64,000 nt of DNA from Candidatus Poribacteria bacterium (GCA_965261115.1 OZ253447.1:2887625-2951624), one strand, 5' to 3'; shown: positions 29,550 to 40,035, counted from the first letter of the stretch. Translations and numbers: made by a program. The notes: generated by a model from the letters alone, not told the origin.

Positions 29550-30545
29550 ATGAAAAACAGATTTAGCCTTTCCTATTTCTTTTATCTCACATCTGTCTTG
29601 AGCCTCCTGCTCTGTTTCGGTTGTGGAGACGCAGAAGACGAACAAGCGGCAACTAATCCTACCAACAATACGTTCCTCGGCGAACTTGATGAACCATCGC
29701 GACACCCCGCTGAACAACAGCGATGGTTGACAGAGGAAGACCGGAAAAAGTTGAAGGACGCTGAAAAATGGGTACACTTGACAGTTGAAGACTGGGTAAA
29801 TTTAAAAGACAGAGATTGGGAAAAATTGAAAGGCAAAGATTGGGTCAGATTAACAAACGCGGAAGTTAGAAAATTCATGAACCTTGAGATTCCAAAAGGT
29901 TGGGTCGCTGAGACGAAAGACGAGGCGTTACGTGAAAAATTTGGCACGGCAGCTTTCTTCCAAAAGGTTGGAGACATCCCGCAGGCTCGCTATGATGTAG
30001 AGTTTGATCGAAAGTATTGGACAGGGAAAGGTGGGCCTATACTTGTAACACCTGAGTTTGCTAAGCACCTTGTTGGATATTACGCAGCAAACTATTTTCT
30101 TGTTCCAACTGAAGCGCATAAGCGTTTGCTTGAAGATCAAATAAAGCAGTTAAAATCTATAATCGCACAAGAAAAACGTCGCTTTATGGAGCAGCTCAGA
30201 ATAGAAGATCCTGAAGCTTGGGTAGAAGACATGCGGACCCTCCTCATTAGCAAACATGGCAACATTCCTGAAGTTGACACCGTTGTTAATTTTCTACGGA
30301 AATTGGAACTAAATCTACCCAGAACAGACGAGGAATGTTTTGCCTATATTAGGGTATACAGTGCGCTCTATATTGTTGATTCTAAGACTGCTTCAATTTA
30401 TGAATCTTATGCTTGGCTTGAAGCTTCACACCAGCTGATACCTATCATCGGGGATCCCCCGCAACAGACAGGCGCGCTTGAGAAATACCGAGCGGCACGC
30501 GCAGCAGGCATATCCTTCTATAACATAAAATGGGGCGATGATTAG
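29550..30545 (+). CDS. Hypothetical lipoprotein.
   Basis: MKNRFSLSYFFYLTSVLSLLLCFGCG lipobox. Start at ATG 29550 inside the longer listed ORF. Confidence 0.55.
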   Translation: MKNRFSLSYFFYLTSVLSLLLCFGCGDAEDEQAATNPTNNTFLGELDEPSRHPAEQQRWLTEEDRKKLKDAEKWVHLTVEDWVNLKDRDWEKLKGKDWVRLTNAEVRKFMNLEIPKGWVAETKDEALREKFGTAAFFQKVGDIPQARYDVEFDRKYWTGKGGPILVTPEFAKHLVGYYAANYFLVPTEAHKRLLEDQIKQLKSIIAQEKRRFMEQLRIEDPEAWVEDMRTLLISKHGNIPEVDTVVNFLRKLELNLPRTDEECFAYIRVYSALYIVDSKTASIYESYAWLEASHQLIPIIGDPPQQTGALEKYRAARAAGISFYNIKWGDD

Positions 30546-30877
30546 CACACATCAGGTGTCTTAGACGTGCTTTCGCTTAACTCGCGTAAGAATTGGAAAG
30601 TATAAATCCCAGTACGGTGTCCATCACTCCACACCAAACGCACTGCATAGCGTCCGACGCGCTGAATATCCACGAGCCGTAAATTTTCAAAAAAGTCATC
30701 GGACGGTAAAATATGGAAGGGGTCTTTTCCCAAACGTACCGCATCGCAATGGGCGCATGGACATTTTTCGCGGAGGAAACGGTAGGACAGTTCGCTACGG
30801 TACGAATCTTTCCATTGAATTTCCAAACTCGTGTCGCCTCTTTCAATACGAGTCGGTTGGACTTTTTGCATAATCAC
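30542..30877 (-). CDS. DUF971-like protein (gamma-butyrobetaine hydroxylase-like N-terminal domain).
   Basis: LEIQWKDSYRSELSYRFLREKCPCAHC pattern. 111 aa. Confidence 0.55.
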   Translation of the reverse strand: MIMQKVQPTRIERGDTSLEIQWKDSYRSELSYRFLREKCPCAHCDAVRLGKDPFHILPSDDFFENLRLVDIQRVGRYAVRLVWSDGHRTGIYTFQFLRELSESTSKTPDVC

Positions 30878-30883
30878 CCAAAG

Positions 30884-32340
30884 TTTACGGATTGGAAGCC
30901 CGCTACTTCAGCGGGGGGAGGAAAATCCGCCCTCGTGGAAAGGACCAAAACGTTCCTTTTTTCTTGACATTCGGTCCAAGATTATGATACAATAATTCTA
31001 TCGTGTTGGCAGACATGTTTAGCATTACCGCTTGGTAATGTGTCTGCCTCCCACTAAACAGGGGATAAACGCACGATACACGATATACCATGAAATTAGC
31101 CTTTGAATATCCTGTATATCCTACAAAAACACAGGAACAAACATTGTTAAGATGGTTTGAGCACCTGTGTGAACTTCAGAACTCTGCGCGGAACAATCGC
31201 AAGTTTGCGCACGAGGCAGAAGGACGTTTTATTTCGCGATATGACCAGGAACAACTTTTGAAGATTGCCCGTGAGAAATATGACGATTTTCGGGAAGTCC
31301 CTCAAGATTTCCAAGTGTCTGTTCTCAAGCGTGTTGACAAAGCCTTTGATGCGTTCCGCAGACGGTGTAAAGAAGGCGCGGAGAAAAAGGGATACCCTCG
31401 CTACAAAAAGCGTGTGCGTTCTCTGACGTGGTGCTTGCGAAAGCACACACTCAAAACAGGTGAACGTGTCCGTCAAAACCCGATAAAAGAAACCGACTTT
31501 CGCCATAATCGCTTGAAAGTGCCCAAGTTGGGTGAAGTCAAGATACGCATGCACCGCCCACTTCAAGGTGACCCGAAAGAAGTGACGATCGTCAAAAAAG
31601 CAAGTGGTTGGTATGCCCATATTACTTGTGAACTCCCCGATACCCCGAAAGTTGAACCGACAGACGCACTTGCCGTTGACGTTGGCACGACACACTACCT
31701 AACGACTTCCGAAGGCGAAAAGGTAGAGAACCCGCGTTGGTATCGTCAATCAGAAGGCTTACTCCGAAAACATTCCAAAAGCCTTTCTCGAAAGAAAAAA
31801 AGTAGTCAGCGTTGGCAGAAACAACAACACACCCTCGCTTTGCACCATGAGCGAACTGTTAACAAACGCAAAGACTTTATCGGCAAACTCGTCTACAAAC
31901 TTTTTCATCATTGCGAAAATAACGTCCTGATCGCTGAAGACCTCAGCGTATCTAACATGGTTGAGAACAAACACCTCAGCAAGAGCATTTCGGATGCGTC
32001 TTGGGGGAAGTTCTTTGAGTGGTGTGGAAACATAGCCGAAAGAGACGGTTTCCACTTCCATCAAGTCGATCCCAAGCACACTTCGCAAACGTGTTCTGCT
32101 TGTGGTAAGAAGTCGCCGAAGAAACTTTCGTTGGCGATACGCACCTTTGATTGTAGTTTTTGTGGCAACTCTATAGATAGAGACCACAACGCTGCAATCA
32201 ACATACTTTTGCGGGCGGCTCGCGTCCATCGTGGAGAGCGTTGGGTTACTAACCTCTGTGAAACGAAAAACTTACCGGTAGACCGGTAGGAAACCTGTTA
32301 GCATTCTTAACAGGTTTCCCCCATGCTTTAGCTGGGGGTA
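30884..32340 (+). mobile_element. Second non-autonomous IS605-type element (tnpB only). Left end about 205 bp, homologous to copy 1. Two hairpins after the stop: GGAAACCTGTTA..TAACAGGTTTCC and CCCCCA..TGGGGG.
   Basis: Left-end identity blocks with 10533-10742. Promoter TTGACA-18-TACAAT at 30964-30993. Confidence 0.75.
31090..32289 (+). CDS. tnpB: TnpB (IS605 OrfB family), copy 2, catalytic residues intact.
   Basis: 399 aa. ALAVDVGTTHY, IAEDLSVSN, CSACGKK...CSFCGNSIDRDHNAAINI. About 75% identical to copy 1 over most of its length, with a divergent C-terminus. Confidence 0.9.
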   Translation: MKLAFEYPVYPTKTQEQTLLRWFEHLCELQNSARNNRKFAHEAEGRFISRYDQEQLLKIAREKYDDFREVPQDFQVSVLKRVDKAFDAFRRRCKEGAEKKGYPRYKKRVRSLTWCLRKHTLKTGERVRQNPIKETDFRHNRLKVPKLGEVKIRMHRPLQGDPKEVTIVKKASGWYAHITCELPDTPKVEPTDALAVDVGTTHYLTTSEGEKVENPRWYRQSEGLLRKHSKSLSRKKKSSQRWQKQQHTLALHHERTVNKRKDFIGKLVYKLFHHCENNVLIAEDLSVSNMVENKHLSKSISDASWGKFFEWCGNIAERDGFHFHQVDPKHTSQTCSACGKKSPKKLSLAIRTFDCSFCGNSIDRDHNAAINILLRAARVHRGERWVTNLCETKNLPVDR

Positions 32341-32465
32341 CTATGACTGCTCAAACAGGTTGTAGAGAAAAAAAAACGGTTGCTAATTTGTGCGACCGCA
32401 AGCAGCCTCGCAAATCAACAACCGTTCAAGGCATCGCGGAATCTAAGGATTGCGCCTGCTATTCG

Positions 32466-32723
32466 TTATTCAAAGTACTCCGCGTTGATATCAATGAACT
32501 CTTCCCATTCTTCAGGAACGTCTTCTTCCATGAAGATAGCTTCGACGGGACATTCGGGTTCACATACACCACAATCGATGCACTCTTCTGGGTCGATGTA
32601 AAGCATATTAACTTCTTCAAACTCGTCAGCATCCGGTAGAGGGTGGATGCAGTCCACTGGGCATACATCAACGCACGAACTATCCTTAACATCAATACAC
32701 GGTTCGCAAATCACATACGTCAT
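32466..32723 (-). CDS. Ferredoxin, 7Fe (3Fe-4S + 4Fe-4S) FdxA-type.
   Basis: CxxxxxxCxxxCP and CxxCxxCxxxCP cysteine patterns. 85 aa. Acidic C-terminus. Confidence 0.85.
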   Translation of the reverse strand: MTYVICEPCIDVKDSSCVDVCPVDCIHPLPDADEFEEVNMLYIDPEECIDCGVCEPECPVEAIFMEEDVPEEWEEFIDINAEYFE

Positions 32724-33082
32724 GTTTTGGAAAACTCCTTTCCACTGGATTTATAGTAACAACTTCACGCAATAGGCGAGATTAGCCAATTTGATGAAGA
32801 AGGGATAAAAAACATCGTCATATATGGCGGATTTTTTTTGCTCTGTCTCCTGAGTTGCGATCAAGACACAATAATAATACCACATGCACCTTATTTTGTC
32901 AAATTACATTTCCAACAGATTTTACCTTCATGGAACCGCGCCAGTTTAAAATCCAAATTATTACAACTTTTCCAAATTATGCACCCTTTTCCAATCAAAC
33001 GCTGGTCTTTAATTATAAAGCGTAAAGCAGCGTTTTAAATTTAAACAGTTTCAACGCTATTCACTAACTATGGAGAACTCTG

Positions 33083-36000
33083 ATGGTAGAAAGCGATGTT
33101 CAACTGATTCGCAGAATCTTATCAGGCGATGACGCGGCGTTCAGCACCTTAGTCCAGAAACACCAAAAGAGCGTCCACGCGCTTATCTGGCGGAAGATTG
33201 GGGATTTCCATATTGCTGAAGAGATTACCCAAGACACTTTCCTCCGAGTATACAAGAGTCTCGCAACGCTCAAAGATCCCAATCTGTTTGCTGGATGGCT
33301 CTATGTTATCGCAAATCGGCTTTGCATTAATTGGAGCGAGAAAAACAATACAGCGATACAATCCTTGGAAGACACACCTATGGAAGACATAGAGGAATCC
33401 GCTTATACGCACTATCTGATAGAGCAACGCGAGGGGGAAGTCTCCGATTATCACTGCGAAATCGTCCAAAAACTGCTCCAGAAATTGCCAGAGAGTGAAC
33501 GCACAGTCGTGACACTCTACTATCTCGGTGAAATGACAGCGAAGGAAATCGCTAAGTTCTTAGGCGTATCCGTAAACACAATTAAAAGCCGGATTCGCCG
33601 AGCGCGAGCGCGTTTACAAAATCACGAAGAACTTTTGATCAGCGAAACACTTGGGAGTGTCCAATTACCTACCAACCTAACCGATAACATTATACAAGAG
33701 GTTGCCAACATAAAACAGACACCCGCTCCGGTTGGAAAACCCTTGCTGCCATGGGCGGCTTTTGGAACCGCTGCTGTTTTGGTCATGTTGTTGCTCGGTG
33801 TCAGCAATCAATATCTGACCCGTTTTCAGCAGCCATATAGTTTTGAAGCACAATCCGAACCCACAGTCGAAATCGTTGACGCACCTATCACACTCGATAT
33901 TGACGCAAAACCCGCTGTGCGAAATCAAGTTGGGCGTGCTTTTATCCCGGGCAACGGTAGTGGGAACGGCTTACAAGTTTCCGAGACAGTCTCATCAACC
34001 AATACGCTGGAAATTTCCCCTAAGTTTTCTACATCACAGTGGACTCAGGCAGATGGACCGCAAGGCAGCACCGTCTTTGACATCTTTGCTACATCTAAGA
34101 GGAGGCTTTACGCCATTACACCGTCAGGTATCTACAAACTAACACCCGATGCCACCGCGTGGACACTTACCAACACCAGCGTCCCCATTGGTGGATCGCG
34201 AATGCACATGGCAGAGCATGAAGACACGCTCTATATTGTTTCCGATGATGGCGTGTTCACTTCAACCGATGCTGGTGAGACGTGGAACGCATTTTGCCGC
34301 CGACCCAAAGGACATGCTGTCGGATTTATCATCACGGATGAAGCACAAGGACACGATTCACAAACACGTCTTGCAATGTATCTCGCACTTCAAGATAAAG
34401 GCGTTTTCCGATCTACTGATTCAGGGGCACAGTGGACGCTGCTTAACAATGGGTTGGAGAGTGAAAATGTCTTCGCAGTGACCGCAATTGGAAACACAGT
34501 ATTTGCTGGCACAAACAGAGGGCTTTACCGCCTCAATTCAAGGGCTTGGCAACAATTGCCTGTGGCTACATCCGAAGTTATTCATTCTTTAGTCGCACAT
34601 GAAAACAACCTCTATGTCGTGACGGGGCACGATCTTTTTACCTTGGGATTGCTTGAATCAAGACTAAAAGATGAAGGACAAATCGTCCGAGGCTACAACG
34701 CCAGTGCTAACAGACTCTTCCACTCAACTGATTTAGGAGCATCATGGACCGAGATAACACCTAAAAATAAATCTCCGTTTGCAAGAACACCAAAGGGTAT
34801 GAAGCTTATGGCTGCCGGTGATACACTCTTACTACTCGGTATCACCGAATTACGTTCAAGGGACAACGGGAGAACTTGGACAGACCTCGGATCCGATAGG
34901 AACCTGTTTACACAGGGGCGCTTCTCAACTGTAGCAATAGACGAGAATACGTTCTATAACGTTAGTGTATCCGGTGTCCATCGGACAATTGATGCGGGTG
35001 AGTCGTGGCAACCGTTTATGACCGGGATGGCAGGGACCAGAATGCTGGATTTAGTCGCGCTCAACGATAGACTCTACATGCATACCGGTAACGACGTTTT
35101 CCAATCAAGTGACGGCGGCGCGTCGTGGAAAAATGTTCCTATTAATTTGGGCGGCCCCACGCTTAAAGCCATAAAAAAGCGGCAGGCGCAAGGAAATTTC
35201 CCAATTGATTCAAGATTAGTAGCCGCTGACAACACGCTGTATGGGATCGTACCTACGGAACACGACCTACGCGTTTTCCATTTGCCGGTCAGTAACGATG
35301 CGTTCGTCCCTGTCCACAAGATACCCTCTTTGGTTGGAAGATCACCCTCCTCTAATGTGTGGACAAGAGAGGCTTTAGCCTTTAATGTGTGGACCAGCGT
35401 TGAAGAGGTGAATCAGGCACACATGACTGATGGTTCTGAAGAGACCGATAGCGTACCGGTTACGCTGTATTTTATGAAAAAACACTGGGAAGCCGGTGGG
35501 TTCGCAGTTAGAGACGGGACGTTCTACGCGGAGTGCCAACGGCGGCTTTTCAAATGGGAACCCGGCAGTCAAGAATGGAGAAATACCAAACTCATAGATA
35601 CCAGTGAACTGCCTGACAACGAATTAGATCACGGATTCAAGTTGGCGGTTTCAGCAGAAACCGTCTATGTCGGGAAACGGGATGGTAAACTCTTTCAATC
35701 GCTTGATGGTGGAGACACTTGGAAAGACCTGACATCAAGTCTTCCCCTTCATTTTACCCGTTTCAACGAGATAATCTGTGTAGGCGCAACGGTTTACGTC
35801 GCAACTGATGAAGGGGTCTTGTCCTCACAGAATGGAGAATACTGGCGCGTGGTAACCGATAAGATGAGTACACCTATCGTCATAGACAGATTCGCTGTAG
35901 ATGGCACTACGGTTTATGGTGCTGGCGATACGGGGGTCTATCACTTAAAAAGCGAATGGCAGCAGATTTCTCCAGAAGTTCCAGATAAAGTCATATCTCT

Positions 36001-36097
36001 CGTCGTTAGCAACGACAAACTTTACATTGCTACCGAACAGCACGGTCTATTTCACATCTCACTTGAAGCAGAAAAATGGGTAGGAGGAAAACCATGA
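33083..36097 (+). CDS. ECF sigma-70 factor fused to a single TM helix and a large extracytoplasmic BNR/Asp-box beta-propeller domain (Ycf48/sialidase-like).
   Basis: N-terminal sigma regions 2 and 4 (DFHIAEEITQDTFLRVY, LYYLGEMTAKEIAKFLGVSVNTIKSRIRRAR). TM LLPWAAFGTAAVLVMLLLGV. At least 7 SxDxGxTW/SW Asp-box repeats (STDAGETW, STDSGAQW, STDLGASW, SRDNGRTW, TIDAGESW, SSDGGASW, SLDGGDTW). Confidence 0.8.
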   Translation: MVESDVQLIRRILSGDDAAFSTLVQKHQKSVHALIWRKIGDFHIAEEITQDTFLRVYKSLATLKDPNLFAGWLYVIANRLCINWSEKNNTAIQSLEDTPMEDIEESAYTHYLIEQREGEVSDYHCEIVQKLLQKLPESERTVVTLYYLGEMTAKEIAKFLGVSVNTIKSRIRRARARLQNHEELLISETLGSVQLPTNLTDNIIQEVANIKQTPAPVGKPLLPWAAFGTAAVLVMLLLGVSNQYLTRFQQPYSFEAQSEPTVEIVDAPITLDIDAKPAVRNQVGRAFIPGNGSGNGLQVSETVSSTNTLEISPKFSTSQWTQADGPQGSTVFDIFATSKRRLYAITPSGIYKLTPDATAWTLTNTSVPIGGSRMHMAEHEDTLYIVSDDGVFTSTDAGETWNAFCRRPKGHAVGFIITDEAQGHDSQTRLAMYLALQDKGVFRSTDSGAQWTLLNNGLESENVFAVTAIGNTVFAGTNRGLYRLNSRAWQQLPVATSEVIHSLVAHENNLYVVTGHDLFTLGLLESRLKDEGQIVRGYNASANRLFHSTDLGASWTEITPKNKSPFARTPKGMKLMAAGDTLLLLGITELRSRDNGRTWTDLGSDRNLFTQGRFSTVAIDENTFYNVSVSGVHRTIDAGESWQPFMTGMAGTRMLDLVALNDRLYMHTGNDVFQSSDGGASWKNVPINLGGPTLKAIKKRQAQGNFPIDSRLVAADNTLYGIVPTEHDLRVFHLPVSNDAFVPVHKIPSLVGRSPSSNVWTREALAFNVWTSVEEVNQAHMTDGSEETDSVPVTLYFMKKHWEAGGFAVRDGTFYAECQRRLFKWEPGSQEWRNTKLIDTSELPDNELDHGFKLAVSAETVYVGKRDGKLFQSLDGGDTWKDLTSSLPLHFTRFNEIICVGATVYVATDEGVLSSQNGEYWRVVTDKMSTPIVIDRFAVDGTTVYGAGDTGVYHLKSEWQQISPEVPDKVISLVVSNDKLYIATEQHGLFHISLEAEKWVGGKP

Positions 36098-36774
36098 AAG
36101 TTTCAGTAAGCACGCTTCTGATCGCCTTACTTATGATACTCCCTCCCGCTTTCGCAGCGGCAGAAACCAAACAGACTTCTGACGTTACCAGTCTTTATCA
36201 CCTCGTCAACATCTTAGGCATTCAGGTATCGCTGGCGCGAATTGAAGACACTCTCACCGAGAAAAGTGAAGGACATCGGGTCGCCGGTTTCGCAACGCTC
36301 ATTGATGCCGCCAAGGAAATCGGACTCGAATTGCAAGAACGCAATCTCAATTACGAAGAACTTCGGAAGTTTAAAACGCCTGTCATCGCGCAGCTCAGGA
36401 CCACATTTGAGGACAAAGATCCGACAAATGTGGACCCTATCGCTGGGCATTTCATCGTCGTTGAGTATACAAACAAAAAATGGGTGCGCTTCTTTGATAC
36501 ACCAAACAGGTTTCTATATCAGGCAGCCACTGTTGTCTCTCGAGACCGATTTTTGGACCGCTGGACGGGACATGTCCTCGCACTCTCAGAAAACCAATGT
36601 CAGCAAAAACAACCGGTTTTAAATGCTTCACCCACGTTGCTGGATTTAGACGCCTTAATCACACTACAGCATGACCATGCCGATCCAGACTTAGCGGGAT
36701 ATCAATTCCCTGTCCGTCTTAAAAACCGAAGCGATATTCCGATACAAATCGTCGCTGTTGCATCTAATACGTGA
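36094..36774 (+). CDS. Secreted hypothetical protein, possibly peptidase C39-like fold.
   Basis: Signal peptide MKVSVSTLLIALLMILPPAFAAAE. GGAGGA RBS. Weak C39-like HF(I/V)VV motif. Confidence 0.35.
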   Translation: MKVSVSTLLIALLMILPPAFAAAETKQTSDVTSLYHLVNILGIQVSLARIEDTLTEKSEGHRVAGFATLIDAAKEIGLELQERNLNYEELRKFKTPVIAQLRTTFEDKDPTNVDPIAGHFIVVEYTNKKWVRFFDTPNRFLYQAATVVSRDRFLDRWTGHVLALSENQCQQKQPVLNASPTLLDLDALITLQHDHADPDLAGYQFPVRLKNRSDIPIQIVAVASNT

Positions 36775-36831
36775 CATACCGTCGTCGCTAAACCTAAAGC
36801 AGATGTCATCCCTGCAGGGAAAAACGCTGTT

Positions 36832-37563
36832 TTGGGAATCGGTTCGACTGCAGTTGCAGTCCACAGGACCTCTTTTATGACTGTCCATGTTCAGACAGAT
36901 TCACCACAACGACCGTTCACTTTTATCTCTTTCGGACGCGCAAGGGAATTCCCTGTCGTCTTCGTCCCTGAGAACATCTATGTGGAAAGTACCGGGACAT
37001 CGCAACCCAAGAAAACCGCCGGACTTAAAAACCCTCGTGAGACGGCTCTAATGATTCAGAATATTAAAAGTTCACAGGAATGGATTCAGCCTGTTCTCCG
37101 CGGTGACAACGTCGTTTATCCATGGCGCACTGCTGATATTGAGTTGAATTTTGAAGCCGAGCAGATGCCCAAAGGAAATTTTAACGAGAAACTCACAGTT
37201 GAATATATTGACCACAAAGGCGAAATAAGGACCATCAAATTACCGATCTCTGGAGACGGAAGTCAAGTCTATACACTCGCGCCCGAACGTTTTTTCTTCG
37301 GACAAGTTAATTCCGGCGAGGAAAATACGAAAGTATTGGTACTGAAGAATCTGACGAGCACTGAGCTCCAGATCGAAAAAACCGAAACCGATATCGGAAC
37401 AATTACAGTAAAAAGACAAGAGAACAGTAACAACTATCAATTAACGCTAACGTTGCCATCGGTTTTAACAAAAGGCATCCTGAAAAGCGAAGTTCGACTC
37501 CGGACGAACCACCCAAAGATGCCTATTATCAAGATACCAATTTTTGCATTTGTCACAAAGTAG
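36832..37563 (+). CDS. Hypothetical secreted protein (Ig-like, DUF1573-like?).
   Basis: 243-aa ORF. Beta-rich composition. No confident family. Confidence 0.35.
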   Translation: MGIGSTAVAVHRTSFMTVHVQTDSPQRPFTFISFGRAREFPVVFVPENIYVESTGTSQPKKTAGLKNPRETALMIQNIKSSQEWIQPVLRGDNVVYPWRTADIELNFEAEQMPKGNFNEKLTVEYIDHKGEIRTIKLPISGDGSQVYTLAPERFFFGQVNSGEENTKVLVLKNLTSTELQIEKTETDIGTITVKRQENSNNYQLTLTLPSVLTKGILKSEVRLRTNHPKMPIIKIPIFAFVTK

Positions 37564-37609
37564 AAGCATTCTGTATCCAAATTTCTGAAAATAAGTAAGG
37601 AGTTATCCG

Positions 37610-39250
37610 ATGCAATATCTCAGAGGTACATTTCTAATAATTCTCATTGGCATTTTAATAATTCCAATCATGCTATCCGCAGCACCGCATGAACCCTCGC
37701 CTGCAGGCGGCGGTTGGCTTGAACTGAATCCCAAACTCGGGCAACTCCAAACGGACGCACCTTGGTTGCCCGAGCTTACCGAGCCGCTCACAATTGAAGC
37801 GTGGATCTACGTAGACGAGACATTGCCTAAGCAAGTCCGCTTTTCTCTCGTCGGTCAAACGGACCGATTCAGCTGCTTTATGATTGGACTGCCTGTGGAC
37901 GAAGATAGAGATAATGTGATGGATACCCGACTCGGTATCCTTTCCAATGGGACTAAAGAACCTTCAATGGTGACGAAAATGGAAAGTCTGCCGATCCGTC
38001 AGTGGGTGCATTATGTCGCGACAATCGACCGCGGTGCTGCTATCGGCAGCGACGGTCTTATTAGAGGAGGTGGCCCGGATGGGAGCGAACTGCCAGTGCC
38101 AAATGAGAATCGTCTTGTGCTTGGTGGTATGCCAACTCTGACGAATCTGCCAGCACCCCTGGGTGACAAAATGCGTTTCGCTTCAGGCGTTTATATTGAT
38201 GAGCTGCGGATTAGCACCGTTGTTCGCTATAAAGGAGACTACGACGTGCCGACACACGCGTTCACCGCAGATACGGACACCATAGGACTCTATCATTTCG
38301 ATGAAGTGTCAAAACAACGCTATGAAGATAGTTCAAATTCCCAGATTCCCTTAATCCGAAATGAGATAGATCCTGAGATGCTTGCGAAGATTGAGGCAGC
38401 GACAGCCTCACCTGTACTGCCAAAAAGTGAAGCGGAGCTGCTGCAACTTATCCGCGAAGGGATTACCTACTACGATAGCCTGCTTGAAAGCGGACGCGTT
38501 GACTTTCTGCGAGAGACTACCAGTGTTGCCTCTGATGGGAACCCTATGGGACGCGCCCCCAGTGGTACCTGGAAGGGGACTTTCGAGTTTTCAGGACGCA
38601 AAATGAGATGCCGCGTGACACGAGATGTTATTCAGTACGATTCTGACCGAAACATTCCAATTACGGGAACAGAGCAATACGCTTATGATGGTGAAACATT
38701 TGAGAGACTCCGGAAAACATTTAACGGTATTGTACTGAGTCGCAGAAGCGAAATCGTCGATGACCCGTCTAATGATCCACGCCTCTGGGGATGGGATCTC
38801 AGTGGTGGGAAAGATTCTCTCACCATGCTTATTGATGGACTTGATATCGAAAGTATTAAAGAGGTGCGTTTCAACGAGAGTGATGTTTATCATATCAAAG
38901 GAAATGCGTTTGGTTTCGCGATGGAATTGTGGCTGAACCCAAAGAAAAGTTATCGACCCGAACGCGTTATGTCTGCTCAACCCATGATTGCCATGACGAG
39001 GGATTTCAAGTTCAAAGAGGTCGCACCCGATCTCTGGTTCCCAGAATCTGCAAAGGGGGTTATGACTGTAACCGATATGAAGACCGGCATGAAAACCGAC
39101 ATCACGACCACAACGATACAATTCACAAACATTCAGGTTAACGACCCTATTCCTGACTCCCGATTTTCCATTGAACCACCCCCCGGGGCAACAGTGTATG
39201 ATATGCGGACTCGAGAAAGTTTTGAAGTCCCAGCGGAGAAAAACAAATGA
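37610..39250 (+). CDS. Secreted two-domain protein, paralog 1 of 3: N-terminal LamG(Laminin_G_3)-like domain + C-terminal LolA-like domain.
   Basis: Signal peptide. LamG_3 blocks (LTIEAWIYVDE, RQWVHYVATIDRG, LVLGG, YIDELRIS). C-terminus ELWLNPKK...FSIEPPPGATVYD resembles the LolA/RseB-type ends (LWVKRPN...FTFTPPQGVTVDD). Confidence 0.6.
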   Translation: MQYLRGTFLIILIGILIIPIMLSAAPHEPSPAGGGWLELNPKLGQLQTDAPWLPELTEPLTIEAWIYVDETLPKQVRFSLVGQTDRFSCFMIGLPVDEDRDNVMDTRLGILSNGTKEPSMVTKMESLPIRQWVHYVATIDRGAAIGSDGLIRGGGPDGSELPVPNENRLVLGGMPTLTNLPAPLGDKMRFASGVYIDELRISTVVRYKGDYDVPTHAFTADTDTIGLYHFDEVSKQRYEDSSNSQIPLIRNEIDPEMLAKIEAATASPVLPKSEAELLQLIREGITYYDSLLESGRVDFLRETTSVASDGNPMGRAPSGTWKGTFEFSGRKMRCRVTRDVIQYDSDRNIPITGTEQYAYDGETFERLRKTFNGIVLSRRSEIVDDPSNDPRLWGWDLSGGKDSLTMLIDGLDIESIKEVRFNESDVYHIKGNAFGFAMELWLNPKKSYRPERVMSAQPMIAMTRDFKFKEVAPDLWFPESAKGVMTVTDMKTGMKTDITTTTIQFTNIQVNDPIPDSRFSIEPPPGATVYDMRTRESFEVPAEKNK

Positions 39251-39449
39251 TGTGTTCCAGTTTGCTTTCGCCACAAAGTGGGAGCGTTTCGCCTCTGAAC
39301 TCTCTAAAAATACCTAAGGAAACGTGAGTTTGAAGAAAAAAATGATTTATCACGTAACCCAACAACCCAACGCTGTCAGGGTGAGAATGCGTCCACTTTC
39401 CAGTAACGAACAAGACCATCGTCAGTGAAATGAAAGGAGGGTCAATCCG

Positions 39450-39902
39450 ATGACTCGCTTAAATTTAACGTTAATTTTCCTTGTATGCGTCCTTGCGTCT
39501 ATTGGCATCGTCTTTGCACAAGATGACTTTTCACAACAGGGTGGCACCGTCCGCGGACAGATTGTTGATACAACTGAAAGGCAGATGCCGATTGAAGGGG
39601 TTAGAGTCGTCATTGTCGCTACAGATGGTACGGAATTTGAAACAACGACGGATGCCAATGGTGAATATGAAAAATCAGGTATTCCCGCAGGCCGCTATCT
39701 CATCAGTATCTATAAAGACGAATACGGTGATCGACTGGGGAAACCTGTAACAATTGCTAATGGCGGTGATCATTATGTCCCGCTGAAAATGACCAAAAAG
39801 AACACTATCCTTGACTTTTTCCAAAGTTCCGTGCCCATGTACTGGGTGCTGATCCTCTGTGTTATCATAGTGATTTTAATTTTCTCACGCACAAATCGAT
39901 GA
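39450..39902 (+). CDS. Carboxypeptidase-regulatory-like (CarbopepD_reg) domain protein with a C-terminal TM anchor.
   Basis: GTVRGQIVD...GVRVVIVATDGTEFETTTDANGEYEKSGIPAGRYLISI pattern. Signal peptide and C-terminal hydrophobic helix. Confidence 0.65.
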   Translation: MTRLNLTLIFLVCVLASIGIVFAQDDFSQQGGTVRGQIVDTTERQMPIEGVRVVIVATDGTEFETTTDANGEYEKSGIPAGRYLISIYKDEYGDRLGKPVTIANGGDHYVPLKMTKKNTILDFFQSSVPMYWVLILCVIIVILIFSRTNR

Positions 39903-40035
39903 CACACCAGAGGCATTCAGTTAGCAACAGTTGGCTCTCTGAAACCGGAAATCTGCAAAGATTCTCAATCAAAAAAGAAACGTTTAATTTTCTATATGCC
40001 GACCCTCAAATAATTATTGTCTAAGGAACTATCCC

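Noticed and set aside
32343-32639. 98-aa and 73-aa plus-strand ORFs downstream of tnpB-2.
   Set aside because: They overlap the well-supported ferredoxin gene on the opposite strand and the IS right-end hairpins.
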